Positions 19,333-28,549 of a stretch of DNA of 64,000 bases are shown piece after piece. Below the pieces are notes generated by a model that was not told where the DNA came from, did no database searches, and was given only the letters and a program-made list of their open reading frames with translations. Each line of letters opens with the position of its first letter. Within the stretch, counting starts at the first letter, position 1. The stretch lies in the NCBI GenBank assembly GCA_013153965.1, contig JAADDJ010000017.1:6242-70241 (forward strand), given 5' to 3'. The position numbers and the translations under genes were made by a program. This DNA comes from Thermotogota bacterium. Its GTDB lineage: Bacteria > Hydrothermota > Hydrothermia > LBFQ01.

Positions 19333-19434
19333 AGACGGGGATTATAGACGTGAAAGGTACGGGAGGCGTCCCCTGCTGCGGACCAAAATTCGCAGGTTCA
19401 ACTTTCCAATTTTGCCCCGCCTCGGCTCTTCGCT

Positions 19435-19440
19435 TATAAT
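19435..19440 (+). promoter_or_regulatory. -10 box TATAAT, 7 nt upstream of the ATG at 19448
   Basis: CGCTTATAATAGCAGCC followed by ATG. It lies in a 115-nt divergent region shared with the nuoM-like promoter. Confidence 0.45.
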
Positions 19441-19447
19441 AGCAGCC

Positions 19448-21703
19448 ATGCTTTCGCTTCTGATGACGGCCACGGTCTCCGGTAGGGTGGTCGGGGAGGG
19501 AGGGGAGCCGCTGCACGGGGCTACGGTCGTTGCGATGACCGAGCCTGAAGGTGGGCGGGTGGGAGGAGCCTACACCGACGCCGAGGGCCGTTTCCGTTTG
19601 GATTTAAAGAGGGGAAGATACCGTCTGCGCATAAGCTTCATAGGCTACGTACCCGAGACCCTTAGGGTGGATGTGGGGGATGAGCCTCTGGACCTCGGAA
19701 CGGTATCCCTCAAACGCACGGCCATAGAGGTTGAGGAGGTTAGGGTGGAGGCCACCCCACCCCAGATAACCTACGAAGGGGAGAAGAAGGTTATACGTTT
19801 TCGCGAGGATATCACATCAAAGGCGGGGAACACACTTGAGGCTTTGCGGGACGTTCCCGGCATAACCGTAGATAACGACGACAACGTGATCATCCGAAAC
19901 ACCCGCAACATCACCCTCCTTATAAACGGCCGCCCCACGGTCCTGCAACCCTCGGAGGCCCTCCGTCAGATACCGGCCTCATCCGTTGAGAGGATAGAGA
20001 TTATAACCAATCCCTCCGCCAAGTACGAGGCCGAGGGAGGCGTGATACTCAACGTGATCCTAAAGCGGTATCACGACGAGGGAACGGCCGCATCGCTGAT
20101 GGCTCGCCTCGGCACCTACCGGAACTATGGCGTGAGCGCATCGTTGGGATGGACCGCGCGCCGCCTAAAGGTGGTCCTCGGCGGGAATTACATGCGTTTC
20201 AGCCGTTATATGGATTTCTTCAGCGACACGCGCACCCCGACTTTCACCTACACGAGCGAGGGAACCCGTTTCTTCTCCATGAAACCCTACGGTGTGAAGG
20301 GAAGCGTAGAGTACGAGCTCGCACGAGGCCACACCCTGAGTCTGGAGGGGGATATCGGCATGTGGAACTTCTCCATGGGGTGGGACGGAACTTACGACTA
20401 CGGCGGCAGGAGCCACACCTACGTGGATATAGGAGGTAGGAGAGGCTCGGCCTTCTTGGGGTACGACCTGAAGTTCGCCGCATCCCACTCCGTGGGTTTG
20501 AGCCTGTACTACGGTGTGCGGGAAGTTAGGGAGAGCACCGAGAGCTACACCTACGACCAGTTCGCCAACCTCGTATCCGACTTCGGTAGGCTCTCATCCG
20601 GCCCGCATGATCGCCGTAGGCTCAAGTTGGATTACACTTGGCGGCGGAGCAAGGATGCGAAGATAGAGGCCGGATATCAGGGGGACGTATGGAACTCCCA
20701 CGACACCACCATATACTACGAGCGGGGCGCTCCGGTAGGCCCCGCCCAGATATCCCACTACGTGAGGACGACGCACGGTACTTACGTCTCCTATACGGAT
20801 AGGTACGGACGTCTGGGATACCAAGTGGGCTTGCGATTTGAGAGGACGGACCGCAACATGGAGGTTGAGGGTGAGAGCTACCCATACTCCTCCTCCGACC
20901 TATTCCCGAGCATTCACATCACCTACGACCTCAACCTACTGCACCACCTAAACATCTCCTACTCCCGGAGGGTGTGGCATCCGAGACGTTGGCAGATCAA
21001 TCCCTTCCTCCGGGTGATAGACGAGCACACCCTTCAGAGGGGGAATCCGGCCCTGATGCCCGAGTACATAGACTCCTACGAGGCCGGATACCAGTACGTT
21101 CTCGGAAGTCTGGGAAATTTGGGGATTGAGGCCTTCTATCGCAGGAGGAACAACGACATAGATTACTTCTCATACTACGAGGATGGCAAGGTTGTCCTCA
21201 CGTGGATAAACGCGCGCTACTCCCTGTCCTACGGCCTTGAGACCTACGCCGTGCTCAAGCCAACGAAATTTTTGAGCCTCAACTTGAGTTTGGACCTCTA
21301 CGACCACGTTGTGGATACGGACACCTTGAGAAGAAGCCTAACGTACGACGCCAAGGTGAAGGTCAGCTTGGGACGCGGTCCCATCGGTTTTCAGCTCACG
21401 GCCAACTACTCCGGCCCCCGATACACCCCGAGGGGTTGGCAGAGGAGCAGGTACTACGCGGATTTGGGGATACGCCTCCCCTTGGGCCGCAACCTGCTCC
21501 TTGTAGGTCAGTTCCGCGATTTCCTCAGGCTCAACCGCTGGGAGGTGGAGAGGGAGGATGAGAATCTCTACCAAAGTACGGTGATGCGCACCAAGTGGCC
21601 GTCCCTGTCCGTGATGCTGATGTACGACTACAACAACTTCCGCAGATTCCGCAAGCCCGCCCGAGGGGAGCCTTCGGAGGATGAGGAGGTGCCGCAGTTT
21701 TGA
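19448..21703 (+). CDS. TonB-dependent outer-membrane receptor with N-terminal carboxypeptidase-regulatory-like domain
   Basis: TVSGRVVGEGGEPLHGATVV...FIGYVPE is a CarbopepD_reg domain; the plug motif EALRDVPGITVDNDDNVIIRN follows. The ORF is open upstream to 19292, so the start is ambiguous. Confidence 0.8.
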   Translation: MLSLLMTATVSGRVVGEGGEPLHGATVVAMTEPEGGRVGGAYTDAEGRFRLDLKRGRYRLRISFIGYVPETLRVDVGDEPLDLGTVSLKRTAIEVEEVRVEATPPQITYEGEKKVIRFREDITSKAGNTLEALRDVPGITVDNDDNVIIRNTRNITLLINGRPTVLQPSEALRQIPASSVERIEIITNPSAKYEAEGGVILNVILKRYHDEGTAASLMARLGTYRNYGVSASLGWTARRLKVVLGGNYMRFSRYMDFFSDTRTPTFTYTSEGTRFFSMKPYGVKGSVEYELARGHTLSLEGDIGMWNFSMGWDGTYDYGGRSHTYVDIGGRRGSAFLGYDLKFAASHSVGLSLYYGVREVRESTESYTYDQFANLVSDFGRLSSGPHDRRRLKLDYTWRRSKDAKIEAGYQGDVWNSHDTTIYYERGAPVGPAQISHYVRTTHGTYVSYTDRYGRLGYQVGLRFERTDRNMEVEGESYPYSSSDLFPSIHITYDLNLLHHLNISYSRRVWHPRRWQINPFLRVIDEHTLQRGNPALMPEYIDSYEAGYQYVLGSLGNLGIEAFYRRRNNDIDYFSYYEDGKVVLTWINARYSLSYGLETYAVLKPTKFLSLNLSLDLYDHVVDTDTLRRSLTYDAKVKVSLGRGPIGFQLTANYSGPRYTPRGWQRSRYYADLGIRLPLGRNLLLVGQFRDFLRLNRWEVEREDENLYQSTVMRTKWPSLSVMLMYDYNNFRRFRKPARGEPSEDEEVPQF

Positions 21704-22179
21704 GGCGATACGTCATAGGATATCCCGTGAGAGACGGCCGCGTCCTCCTCATTTACAAGAAGCGGGGGTTGGGGAGGGGGCTGTACAACGGGGTAGGGGG
21801 AAAGGTTGAGGAGGGGGAGACGGACGAGGAGGCCCTCGTGCGTGAGGCTCTGGAGGAGTTGAGCATAAGACCCACATCCTACGAGCGGGTGGCCAAACTT
21901 CTATTTACGGACGATTACGGCACCGAGATGGATGTGAGCGTATTCCTGATAGAGGATTGGGAGGGGGAGCCTGTGGAGAGCGAGGAGGCGAAGCCGGAGT
22001 GGTACGATATTGACTCCCTGCCCTACGACCGCATGTGGGAGGACGATAGGGTTTGGCTTTGGAGGGTCCTGCGCGGGGAGAGGCTGAGGGGCCACTTCCA
22101 CTTCAACGATATATGGGGCCACCACGAGGAGCCGAGGATGAGAAGTTGCCGGATTGAGGAGGGTGCCCCTCCACCTTAG
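21700..22179 (+). CDS. NUDIX hydrolase (MutT-like)
   Basis: Nudix box GGKVEEGETDEEALVREALEELSI (GX5EX7REUXEEXGU). Confidence 0.8.
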   Translation: MRRYVIGYPVRDGRVLLIYKKRGLGRGLYNGVGGKVEEGETDEEALVREALEELSIRPTSYERVAKLLFTDDYGTEMDVSVFLIEDWEGEPVESEEAKPEWYDIDSLPYDRMWEDDRVWLWRVLRGERLRGHFHFNDIWGHHEEPRMRSCRIEEGAPPP

Positions 22180-22190
22180 AATTAAAGAGC

Positions 22191-24632
22191 ATGCCCCTCC
22201 TCACATGGGTGTATATTCTGCGGGGAGATTACGAGGGCTCGCTGGATGGATGGACGGTCTTAAACGGAGGTGGAGCGGCCACGTGGGAGTTGGGCTCCTA
22301 CGGCTCCCGCGGATACGAGCCTCCCGGCTCCGGCTCCCAATACGTCGTGTGCGACGCTTCCGTGAGCGATGAGGCCTACGGGGACACCCTCGTATCGCCG
22401 GCCGTCTATTCGGCCGATTACGACAGCCTAAAGCTCACCTACGCCTACGTCTTCAGTAAGGGGGGCCTGGGCACCCCGGATCAGGCCTCCGTTATGGTGC
22501 GCTACCACGACGGGGTCTCTTGGGGTGGCTGGGTGAGTCTGAGGCGGTACTGGGAGACGGACTCCGGCGTTGATACCCTGTCCTTGGACGCGGGATACGA
22601 CAGCATTCAGGTGGCCTTCTCCTACGATTCCCCGGAGGGTGGATACTGGTTCGCCTTGGACGACGTGCGTCTGCTCGGAAGCACCTCATTCACCTACGAC
22701 GTTGAGGCTACCTCCATAGATGAGCCTCCCGCCCTTCTCCATATGGGTCAGCTGGCTTACATAACGGCGACGGCCACCAATCTGGGAGCCAACGACGTGC
22801 ATGTGGTTCTGAACGCCTACGCCCTCTTCGGCGGGGACACGGTCTTTAGGGGAACCCACGACTTCATAGCAGAGGCTTCCCACTCCTACACCTTGAACTT
22901 CGGCTGGTTCGTCCCGGAGAGTTTGGGGACCTACCGCGTCATCTTCACGGTCGCCGCCGATACGGACGAGTACGCCGGCAACGACACCTTAACGTCCAGC
23001 TTTACCGTGAAGCCCTCACCCCAGATATCCTTTGAGATACCGCACGCTCCCTCTCCCCTCTTGGATGGCAATATATCGGCGGGGGAGTGGGACGCGGCCT
23101 ACCGCCTTGACGCCTCCAACTACTTAGGCAAATACACGCAGGCCACGGATACGGGGGTGGTTATAGTTTTGCTGCAGCACGATGGCGCCAACCTGAACCT
23201 GGCGGTCATAACGGGCGACACCACGTACGACAGTACCGACGCGCTCTTCATTTTTTTGGACGACGACGGCGATAGGGTGTGGGAGTCGGGGGAAGGGTTG
23301 AACGTGATAAGGACGCACTCCTACATCCTGTGGGCCACGATGGATAGCTCGCGAGCCTACCTCTTCCCCCGCAAGGACCTCATGGCTAGGGTGGCGAGGA
23401 GAGGGGGAATCTACGAGATTTCCCTGCCCATGGGGACTCTCCCGGAGGATGAGCCGGCGAGATTGAGGACATTCCCCGGTGGGGACTTCGGGATGTACAT
23501 CCTGTACCGGGATGGGCGCACGGGTAGATTCGTGGGGTGGTGGCCCCAGACCATGGACGGACCTCCGGACAGTCTCAAGAGGTCCGACGCCATACTCACG
23601 CTGGAGAGACCTGAGGGGTGGCACGATATGGGTCTCGGGGGCATCGTTGGAGGGGACGGTTGCTTAGTCGCTCGGGTGTGCTCCCTCGGCGTATTCATAT
23701 ACGACAACAGCTCTTTGAGGATGGAAGTTGAGACTCTTCGTATCCTCCTGAGGCGTGGATCTGACCCTGTGGCGGGAGCCATGTGGATTCTCAACGACAT
23801 ATACGAATCTTCGGATACGGTATGGTTCAGGTGGGTTCCCTCCGATACCGGATACTACGAGATATTGGCCTATATGAGCGGCGACGATGCTCCCGGGAAC
23901 GATACGCTCCACCATTACGTGGGCGCGTACGCCCCTGTAAGACCCCCGTACCGTCAAGACTTTGAAGGCAGATGGCCTCCGGTGGGTTGGAGGGTCGTCG
24001 GCAGGGGGTGGGTGAAGGGGAACTATCTGGCGGTGGAGAATGTGGCCCCCACGTTCGGCTCCTCCGGCACCGGCTTCGCCGAATTCCTGTCCTACGTCCT
24101 ACCCTCGGGGGATTCGTCCGCTCTGGAGATGCCCCCAATTCACCTTGAGGGTGAGGCTCACCTCGTCTTGAGGGTGTGGAATGCCCCATCGTGGTCCGGC
24201 AGGGGCAACTACGACCGTCTTGACCTTTACTATCGGAGCGTTGGATCTCCCGTATGGTATCCCCTCGGGAGCATCTTCGGAGATATGCCCACCTGGCTTC
24301 CCCACACTTTCAACCTCCCCAACGTTGAGGACGATATCATCGTCAGGGTGGTCGCCCGCAGCGACCTCGGGGATACGGACATCTCCTTGGACGACGTGGA
24401 GGTCCTTTCGGGGTTGAGCGTTGATGAGGGGCGCTCAGAGCGGGCCTCCTGCATCCTTGAGGGCGGGAGCATCAGGTTCAAGGGCTCCCTGAAGGTCTTC
24501 GGCGTTGATGGGAGGCTCATCTTGGAGCGCATGTCCGACTCCGAAACCTCCGTTCGCCTTCCATCGGGACGGCGGGTTCTATTCGTAATTTGCAATTCGG
24601 TTGTAATGAGGGCAATTCCGCCTTTAAAATAG
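22191..24632 (+). CDS. Large secreted hypothetical protein (813 aa) with a T9SS-like C-terminal sorting domain
   Basis: C-terminus KVFGVDGRLILERMSDSETSVRLPSGRRVLFV resembles the tails of 4292..6214, 6270..7994 and 61617..64000. Confidence 0.55.
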   Translation: MPLLTWVYILRGDYEGSLDGWTVLNGGGAATWELGSYGSRGYEPPGSGSQYVVCDASVSDEAYGDTLVSPAVYSADYDSLKLTYAYVFSKGGLGTPDQASVMVRYHDGVSWGGWVSLRRYWETDSGVDTLSLDAGYDSIQVAFSYDSPEGGYWFALDDVRLLGSTSFTYDVEATSIDEPPALLHMGQLAYITATATNLGANDVHVVLNAYALFGGDTVFRGTHDFIAEASHSYTLNFGWFVPESLGTYRVIFTVAADTDEYAGNDTLTSSFTVKPSPQISFEIPHAPSPLLDGNISAGEWDAAYRLDASNYLGKYTQATDTGVVIVLLQHDGANLNLAVITGDTTYDSTDALFIFLDDDGDRVWESGEGLNVIRTHSYILWATMDSSRAYLFPRKDLMARVARRGGIYEISLPMGTLPEDEPARLRTFPGGDFGMYILYRDGRTGRFVGWWPQTMDGPPDSLKRSDAILTLERPEGWHDMGLGGIVGGDGCLVARVCSLGVFIYDNSSLRMEVETLRILLRRGSDPVAGAMWILNDIYESSDTVWFRWVPSDTGYYEILAYMSGDDAPGNDTLHHYVGAYAPVRPPYRQDFEGRWPPVGWRVVGRGWVKGNYLAVENVAPTFGSSGTGFAEFLSYVLPSGDSSALEMPPIHLEGEAHLVLRVWNAPSWSGRGNYDRLDLYYRSVGSPVWYPLGSIFGDMPTWLPHTFNLPNVEDDIIVRVVARSDLGDTDISLDDVEVLSGLSVDEGRSERASCILEGGSIRFKGSLKVFGVDGRLILERMSDSETSVRLPSGRRVLFVICNSVVMRAIPPLK

Positions 24633-24638
24633 AGACTT

Positions 24639-24899
24639 ATGAAGCGCCGTGATTTTCTCAAGGCAGCCGCAGGACTGGCTCTGACCGTAGCCCTGACGGG
24701 GAAGTTGAAGGCAGCGAGGCGTACGGACCATTACATACTGAACGAGACGGCGAGCCGCATAGTTGAACTTAAGAGAAAGGGCCTTGATGCCGAGGGGATA
24801 GCCCGCAGGCTCACCGAGGAGTACGAGGTGGAGTTCCCTCAGGCTTACAGGGACGTCATATCCTTCCTGTCGGAGGCGAAGAGGCTGGGCATAGCCTGA
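24639..24899 (+). CDS. Small protein: N-terminal twin-arginine-like signal fused to a PqqD-like (RiPP recognition element) domain
   Basis: MKRRDFLKAAAGLALTVALTG is Tat-like. HYILNETASRIVEL...EEYEVEFPQAYRDVISFLSEAKRLGI matches the PqqD pattern LNETAxxIxELxDG...DVxxFLxxL. TAAAAT lies 8 nt upstream of the ATG. Confidence 0.5.
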   Translation: MKRRDFLKAAAGLALTVALTGKLKAARRTDHYILNETASRIVELKRKGLDAEGIARRLTEEYEVEFPQAYRDVISFLSEAKRLGIA

Positions 24900-24900
24900 G

Positions 24901-25578
24901 GTGCGGGAAGTAATACTCTTTCGCGATGTCGTAAAGAATTTCGGCGGCACAACCATTTTGGATGGTATAGACCTTTCGGTGCGTAAGGGGGAGTTCGTGG
25001 TGATATTCGGCGAGGTGGGGGTGGGTAAGAGCACCCTGGTGAAGATGGCGTACTTTCAGGAGTTTCCCGACGAGGGGGAGGTATCCGTTCTCTCAACGCC
25101 CCACACCTTGGCCCGCAGGAATCGGAAGGTCCTGCAGGAGGTCAGACGGAAGATAGGCGTGATAAAGCAGATGCCCGTCCATCTGGAGGATATGACCTGC
25201 TACGAGAACGTCCTGTACGTTTTGGAGAGGTTGGGATTCAACCGTCGGGTGGCTCGGGAGCGCACCGAGAGGGCCCTCGCGAGGGTCGGTCTCACGCACA
25301 GGAAGGACGCGTACCCGTCGGAGCTCTCGGCCGGTCAGAGGCAGAAGCTGGCCATAGCGCGGGCCATCGCCAAGGAGCCGGTGATCCTTCTGGCCGATGA
25401 TCCCACGTTGGGGTTGGACGAGCGCTCCTCCGCCGAGATAGAGCGTCTATTTATGGAGATAAACGAGTACGGAACGACGGTCCTCTGGACGTCAAACCGT
25501 ATCCCAAAGACCGTCGGCAAGGCCGACGATGTGAGTATCTACAGGTTGGCGGAGGGGAGGCTGCATCAGGTCCCCTGA
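24901..25578 (+). CDS. FtsE-like ABC ATPase with degenerate catalytic residues (Walker B DDPT, H-loop His replaced by Asn)
   Basis: Walker A GEVGVGKST, Q-loop, and signature LSAGQRQ are intact. Walker B reads ILLADDPT (expected DEPT). The H-loop reads TTVLWTSNR (expected ATHD). Starts 2 nt after the upstream stop. Confidence 0.75.
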   Translation: MREVILFRDVVKNFGGTTILDGIDLSVRKGEFVVIFGEVGVGKSTLVKMAYFQEFPDEGEVSVLSTPHTLARRNRKVLQEVRRKIGVIKQMPVHLEDMTCYENVLYVLERLGFNRRVARERTERALARVGLTHRKDAYPSELSAGQRQKLAIARAIAKEPVILLADDPTLGLDERSSAEIERLFMEINEYGTTVLWTSNRIPKTVGKADDVSIYRLAEGRLHQVP

Positions 25579-26576
25579 GAGAACCTGCGGGCGGCCTCTC
25601 TGACCTTCTGGTCCTTATCAAGGGGAACGACGAGCACGATGTCCCCCTCAACTATCACGGCCAAACCCTCAACACCCACGAGAACGACCCTCTTCCCTCC
25701 GGAGATCACGAGGTTGCCTTTGGAATCCACCGTCAGGGGTGGAGCGTCCCTGTGCGCGTTCCCATGCTCATCCTTCGGAAGGAGGTTGTACAGGCTACTG
25801 TAGGATCCCACGTCCGTCCATCGGAAGGGAGCCTCAACCACGATGACCCTGTCGCTCTTCTCCATTATGGCGTAATCTATGGATACCGCCCTGACGTTTC
25901 CGAAGAATCTCTCGGGCGGGACCAATCTCCCTCCTTCCCACAGGAGGTCGTATATATCCGGAGCCAACCTTCGGGCCTCCTCAAGGAGAACGTCGCTCCT
26001 CCAGACGAACATGCCGGAATTCCAGTAGTAATTTCCGCTTGACAGGTACGCCTTGGCCGTCTCGTAATCCGGCTTCTCGTGGAATTTCCTCACCTTCCAC
26101 ACCCCATCCTCCAACATATCCCCCCGCTCTATGTATCCGTATCCCGTGTGCGGGTGGGTGGGCTTTATGCCGAAGGTTATTATGGACTCGTACTCGTTTG
26201 CCAGATTAAAGGCCCTCTCAAGCGTATCTCGGAAAACCTCCGTGGGATGTATGTGGTGGTCCGAGGGAAGGGCGGCCACGAGGACCGGCTTCCCCCTCTC
26301 GCTCTGGAGCAGAGCCGTGGCGTATATGAGGGCCGGAGCGGTGTTGCGGGCGACCGGCTCAACGATCTTGCGGAGATTCTCCCCGATGAGGTTGGCTATC
26401 CTCTCGTTCGTCAGGATCACGGGCTCCGCCACACCCTCCACCCTCTCAACGGCCATATCCAAGAGGGTGCGACCGTCTATGAGGGGGATCAGCTGTTTGG
26501 GACGCTCGGGGGTTGATAGGGGCCAGAGCCTCTCCCCCTTACCTCCAGCCATTATCAGAGCGTACTTCAACGACAC
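25566..26576 (-). CDS. manC: Mannose-1-phosphate guanylyltransferase
   Basis: ALIMAGGKGERLWPLS nucleotidyltransferase motif with GDP-mannose pyrophosphorylase-like body. 336 aa. Confidence 0.85.
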   Translation of the reverse strand: MSLKYALIMAGGKGERLWPLSTPERPKQLIPLIDGRTLLDMAVERVEGVAEPVILTNERIANLIGENLRKIVEPVARNTAPALIYATALLQSERGKPVLVAALPSDHHIHPTEVFRDTLERAFNLANEYESIITFGIKPTHPHTGYGYIERGDMLEDGVWKVRKFHEKPDYETAKAYLSSGNYYWNSGMFVWRSDVLLEEARRLAPDIYDLLWEGGRLVPPERFFGNVRAVSIDYAIMEKSDRVIVVEAPFRWTDVGSYSSLYNLLPKDEHGNAHRDAPPLTVDSKGNLVISGGKRVVLVGVEGLAVIVEGDIVLVVPLDKDQKVREAARRFSQGT

Positions 26577-26600
26577 GGGGGATTTTAAGGAGGAAACCGG

Positions 26601-27983
26601 TTATCTTATCTTCTGGGGCTTGAAACGGGTCGTGTCCGTAAGTATCACGAGGACGTACCTTTCGGTCTCCAAGTACTTCCGGGCCGCCCTATTGACGTCC
26701 TCAAGGGTCAGCCTCTGTATCTCCTCCACGTCCTTTATCCAGTACATGTCGGGGAGACCGTACTCGTACTGGGTTGATATTAGGCCGGCCACCTGACCGT
26801 AGGTCTCGGACGTTCTGGCTATGTAGCCGCTGTAGAAGCTCTTGGCCGCCTCCAGCTCCTCCTCCGTGAATCCCTTCTCCTTTGCCTCCTCTATGATGTT
26901 GAGGAGGGTGAGGACGGCATCCTCGGCCGTCTCTATGCGGGTCTCAAGACCGGAGATGAAGACGGAGGGAAGTTTTTGCCTCTTCCAAGGTATGTTGGGG
27001 ATTATGTAGGAATAGGCGGAGTACGCGTAGCCCTTCTCAACCCTTATGGTGTGGAGGATCCTGCTGGAGAATCCGGAGCCTCCGAGGATGTAGTTGGCGA
27101 CCCGCAGGGCGTTCCAATCGGGCGAATTCCTCTGGATATCCACGAAGGCTGCCAGGCGGACGTAGGCCTGATTCAGACCGGGCATGTGGGCCACCTTGAC
27201 CACCCTCCGCTTCCGGAATTTGGGGAGGTCCGGGAGGATCAGGTCGCTCCTCTCCCAGCGGGAGAAGTACCGCTCAACTTTGGCTATGGCCTCCTCGGGA
27301 TCCAAGGATGAGACGACGACAACGTAAGCTATGTTGGGTCGCCAGTACTTCCGATGGAATTCCACCAGGTCCTCACGGGATATGTTGTCAAGGCTGGGAA
27401 CGTATCCCTCCGGAGGATGGGCTATGGGTGTCCCCTCGTAGAGGAGCTCGTAGAGGCTCACGCTCGCCACGTAGTTGGGATTGCTCAGGTTGTTTTGAAT
27501 TGACGCCTTCTGCCGTCTCCTCTCCCTCTGAAACTCCCTCTCGGGGAAGGTGGGATTCATCACGATGTCGGATGTTATGGCGAGCATGCTGTCGGTGTCG
27601 TCCGTTAGGCACCTGACCGAGACCTCCGTGTAGGTCCTGCCGACATTCACGCTGAAGGATCCTCCGATATCCTCTATGGCGGAGGCTATCTGCTCGGATG
27701 TGCGGCTGGCCGTACCCTCATCAACCATTATCCCCACCAGATTGGCCAGACCTTCCTTACCTTCGGGATCAAACATCGCCCCCGCCTTTATGGTCATCTG
27801 CATGTGAAATATGGGAAGTTTATCCTTCTTTACGGCTATCACATGGAGCCCGTTGGGGAGGGTCTTCTCGGCCTTCTTGAGGGGTGGGATCCTCAACATG
27901 GTTTCTCCGGAGGTTCTCATCGCGGCCTTATGGGTTGAGCAGCCCAACAGGGCAAAAACCCCAACGAGGATGACTCTTCTCAT
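26601..27983 (-). CDS. M16 (pitrilysin) family lipoprotein, non-peptidase homologue
   Basis: Lipobox LLGCS. M16 fold, but the position of HxxEH reads GLANLVGIMVDEGT, so both His and the Glu are lost. Confidence 0.7.
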   Translation of the reverse strand: MRRVILVGVFALLGCSTHKAAMRTSGETMLRIPPLKKAEKTLPNGLHVIAVKKDKLPIFHMQMTIKAGAMFDPEGKEGLANLVGIMVDEGTASRTSEQIASAIEDIGGSFSVNVGRTYTEVSVRCLTDDTDSMLAITSDIVMNPTFPEREFQRERRRQKASIQNNLSNPNYVASVSLYELLYEGTPIAHPPEGYVPSLDNISREDLVEFHRKYWRPNIAYVVVVSSLDPEEAIAKVERYFSRWERSDLILPDLPKFRKRRVVKVAHMPGLNQAYVRLAAFVDIQRNSPDWNALRVANYILGGSGFSSRILHTIRVEKGYAYSAYSYIIPNIPWKRQKLPSVFISGLETRIETAEDAVLTLLNIIEEAKEKGFTEEELEAAKSFYSGYIARTSETYGQVAGLISTQYEYGLPDMYWIKDVEEIQRLTLEDVNRAARKYLETERYVLVILTDTTRFKPQKIR

Positions 27984-28003
27984 GATGGTGGATTCTACGG
28001 GCG

Positions 28004-28543
28004 TCAGTCTCTCTCAAACGGGAAACCCAGAGCCTCAAGGAGCCTGTAAGCCAGCTCATCGTTATCGGCGGACGTGACGATGTTTATGTCCATCCCGAAG
28101 GTTATCTGCACCTTGTCTATGTCTATCTCGGGGAAAGCCGTGTGCTCGTCAAGGCCGAAGTTATAGCTACCCCTCCCGTCAAACTTATCCTTGGGAAGGC
28201 CCCTAAAGTCCCTCACACGGGGTAGGGCGAAGTTTATGAGCCTCTCAAGGAAATCGTACGCCCGCTTACCCCTCAGGGTGACCTTGAGACCGATAGGGGT
28301 CCCCTTGCGGAGCTTGAACTGGGCCACGTGCTTGCGGGCCCTCGTAATTACGGGCCTCTGACCCGTAATCATGGCTAAATCCTTGGCGACGACCTCCAAG
28401 GATTTGGGGTCCTCCAAGGCCTCCCTACCCCAACCCACATGCACCACGACCTTCTCAATCCGGGGGACCTCCATAATGTTGAGGTTCAGTTCCTTCGCCA
28501 ACTTTGGCCTAATCTCCTTCTTATACCTCTCGTAAAGAGCCAT
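28004..28543 (-). CDS. rplE: 50S ribosomal protein L5
   Basis: Collinear with E. coli L5 over its whole length: NxMxVPRIEKVVVxxG, TGQRPVITRARK, KVTLRG, RDFRGL and FPEIDxDKV. Confidence 0.85.
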   Translation of the reverse strand: MALYERYKKEIRPKLAKELNLNIMEVPRIEKVVVHVGWGREALEDPKSLEVVAKDLAMITGQRPVITRARKHVAQFKLRKGTPIGLKVTLRGKRAYDFLERLINFALPRVRDFRGLPKDKFDGRGSYNFGLDEHTAFPEIDIDKVQITFGMDINIVTSADNDELAYRLLEALGFPFERD

Positions 28544-28549
28544 AGGCGG

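Noticed and set aside
19292-19447. Upstream extension of the TonB-dependent receptor ORF (MAARSGKK...)
   Set aside because: It would overlap the nuoM-like gene start and its promoter. TATAAT sits 7 nt before the ATG at 19448. The true signal-peptide boundary remains uncertain.
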